A stretch of DNA of 63,589 nucleotides, filler included, from Parasitella parasitica NRRL 2501 (Eukaryota > Fungi > Mucoromycota): assembly GCA_025201805.1 (NCBI GenBank). It is 11 parts of 11 records of this genome, joined end to end, with 100 filler letters (N's around TTAATTAATTAA, not from the genome) between each part and the next. Parts side by side here need not be neighbours in the genome. Positions count along the whole stretch, not along the records: positions 60,258 to 63,589 come from MU619402.1; 10 more parts are not named here. One strand, given 5' to 3'. Position numbers and translations under genes: made by a program. Position 1 is the first letter of the stretch; every line of letters begins with the position of its first letter. Positions 62,408 through 63,589 of the stretch are shown piece by piece. A model generated the notes under the pieces. The model ran no database searches and had not been told where the DNA came from. It saw only the letters and a list, made by a program, of their open reading frames with translations.

Positions 62408-63589
62408 ATGAAGTTGATATCAAACTTGGCTACCTTGTCTATAGCGGCAAGTTTATTGCTTCAAAGTGGCAATTTTGTAGCTGCTACACCGTTTTTCAAT
62501 ATACCAACAGTTGCTAATCACAATAATGATGCATCGCTCGACTCCAGCTGCAAAGACTTTAAAATCACTTATCCATCTTCCAGTGGTAGTTGTTTTCCAT
62601 GATGGTAACAGAACAGCATAGTGACAACTTTTTTTTTTATCATAGGCCTTTCATTTGAAGAAGGAAGTAAGCATTTTGTTGCATGGCAAGCACCAAACGG
62701 TATAAAGCAAGTCAACATCACGATGATTGATAATGCATCTTTGAATAATCAAGTTCATATTGGCACCTTGGGTAAGTTCTTATATTACGACTATGTATAT
62801 TTTAATAAACATTTCTTGAATAGATACTGATCGTCTTGTTACTAACGAGTTCCCCTTTAAACTCCCAAGCCAAACTGATGGCGATTTCCATTTTCATATT
62901 TCTGGTCAAGGCGATAGCCAGTTTTGTGTAGCAGATTCCGTAGCTTTTCATATTAAAAAACGCCAGCAAGACACAGCAGCAACGCCTGCAACTAAATCTG
63001 AAGAAGCAACTTCTACAGACGCATCAGCGACTTCTACTACCAGCACACTAAACAAAGAAGATATCGACAGAATCCTTCAAGAAATTCAAAACAGTGGCAA
63101 TGGCCAGACAGCTTCCGACACACATGCAAACGACATTTCTGACGGTAGAGCCGAAAAAACTAACAACAATGCAGCAGCTGCATCTGATAACCACAAAAAA
63201 CAAGGTTTCTACGCCTATATCGAAAGTTTAGATCAAGATCATAAAAAATTCATCCACAAGAACAAAGAAACAGAAACAGAGGCTGTCACTCACAAGAATG
63301 ATCTTGCATCAGATGACAACAACGGCAGCAATTCCTGGTTCACTAATGAAGATAAATCAACTCACAACAATGCTGCTGAAAAGACGTGGCACTCTGATGA
63401 TACCAATCCTTATTTCACTAATGATGACCAATCTACCCATCGCAATGATGGAGCTTCTACTAAGTCTTGGCATTCTAACGATGCTGATGCTCACTCTTAT
63501 TTTACAAATGAAGATCAATCTAGCAATGCAATCAACCATCACCAAAATGCCAATGAGTGGGTTTCTGCACAAGATACTCAGATTAACAA
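62408..63589 (+). CDS. Secreted protein: signal peptide, small beta-rich domain, then His/Asn/Asp repeats; truncated by window end
   Basis: MKLISNLATLSIAASLLL signal; CKDFKITYPS|..VAWQAP..|..FHFHISG..CVADSVAFHIKKR; two GT-AG introns; third exon open to 63589. Confidence 0.75.

Overview
AT-rich, intron-containing fungal genomic DNA. The gene and transposon families point to Mucoromycotina/Mucorales (inference). The window is a scaffold of many contigs joined by N-runs, most containing an artificial TTAATTAATTAA spacer, so adjacency across gaps is unproven. 2.3-18 kb is a dense housekeeping block: ERV2-like, a hypothetical gene, VID27-like, three KRE2/MNT1 GT15 mannosyltransferases, RPN1, SEC9-like and an aldo-keto reductase. 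18-36.7 kb is a gene-poor nest of transposable elements (solo LTRs, LINE, Tc1, CACTA, Ty3/Gypsy) containing tRNA-Met(CAT) and a probable pseudokinase. 36.7-53 kb holds a PP1-motif protein, a PHD/ePHD protein, a RasGEF, an F-box/LRR protein and a VPS5 fragment. 53-61 kb is a second TE cluster. The highlight is the C-terminal half of a Fanzor (eukaryotic TnpB-like RNA-guided nuclease) at 60258-60827. It has a candidate omegaRNA hairpin across its stop codon and lies directly after an intact-looking DD34E Tc1/IS630 transposase. Also notable are a Tc1-mediated inversion inside a Gypsy pol gene with a TA-CAG-TA footprint, a two-gene divergent CACTA element present twice, and a secreted His/Asn/Asp-repeat protein.
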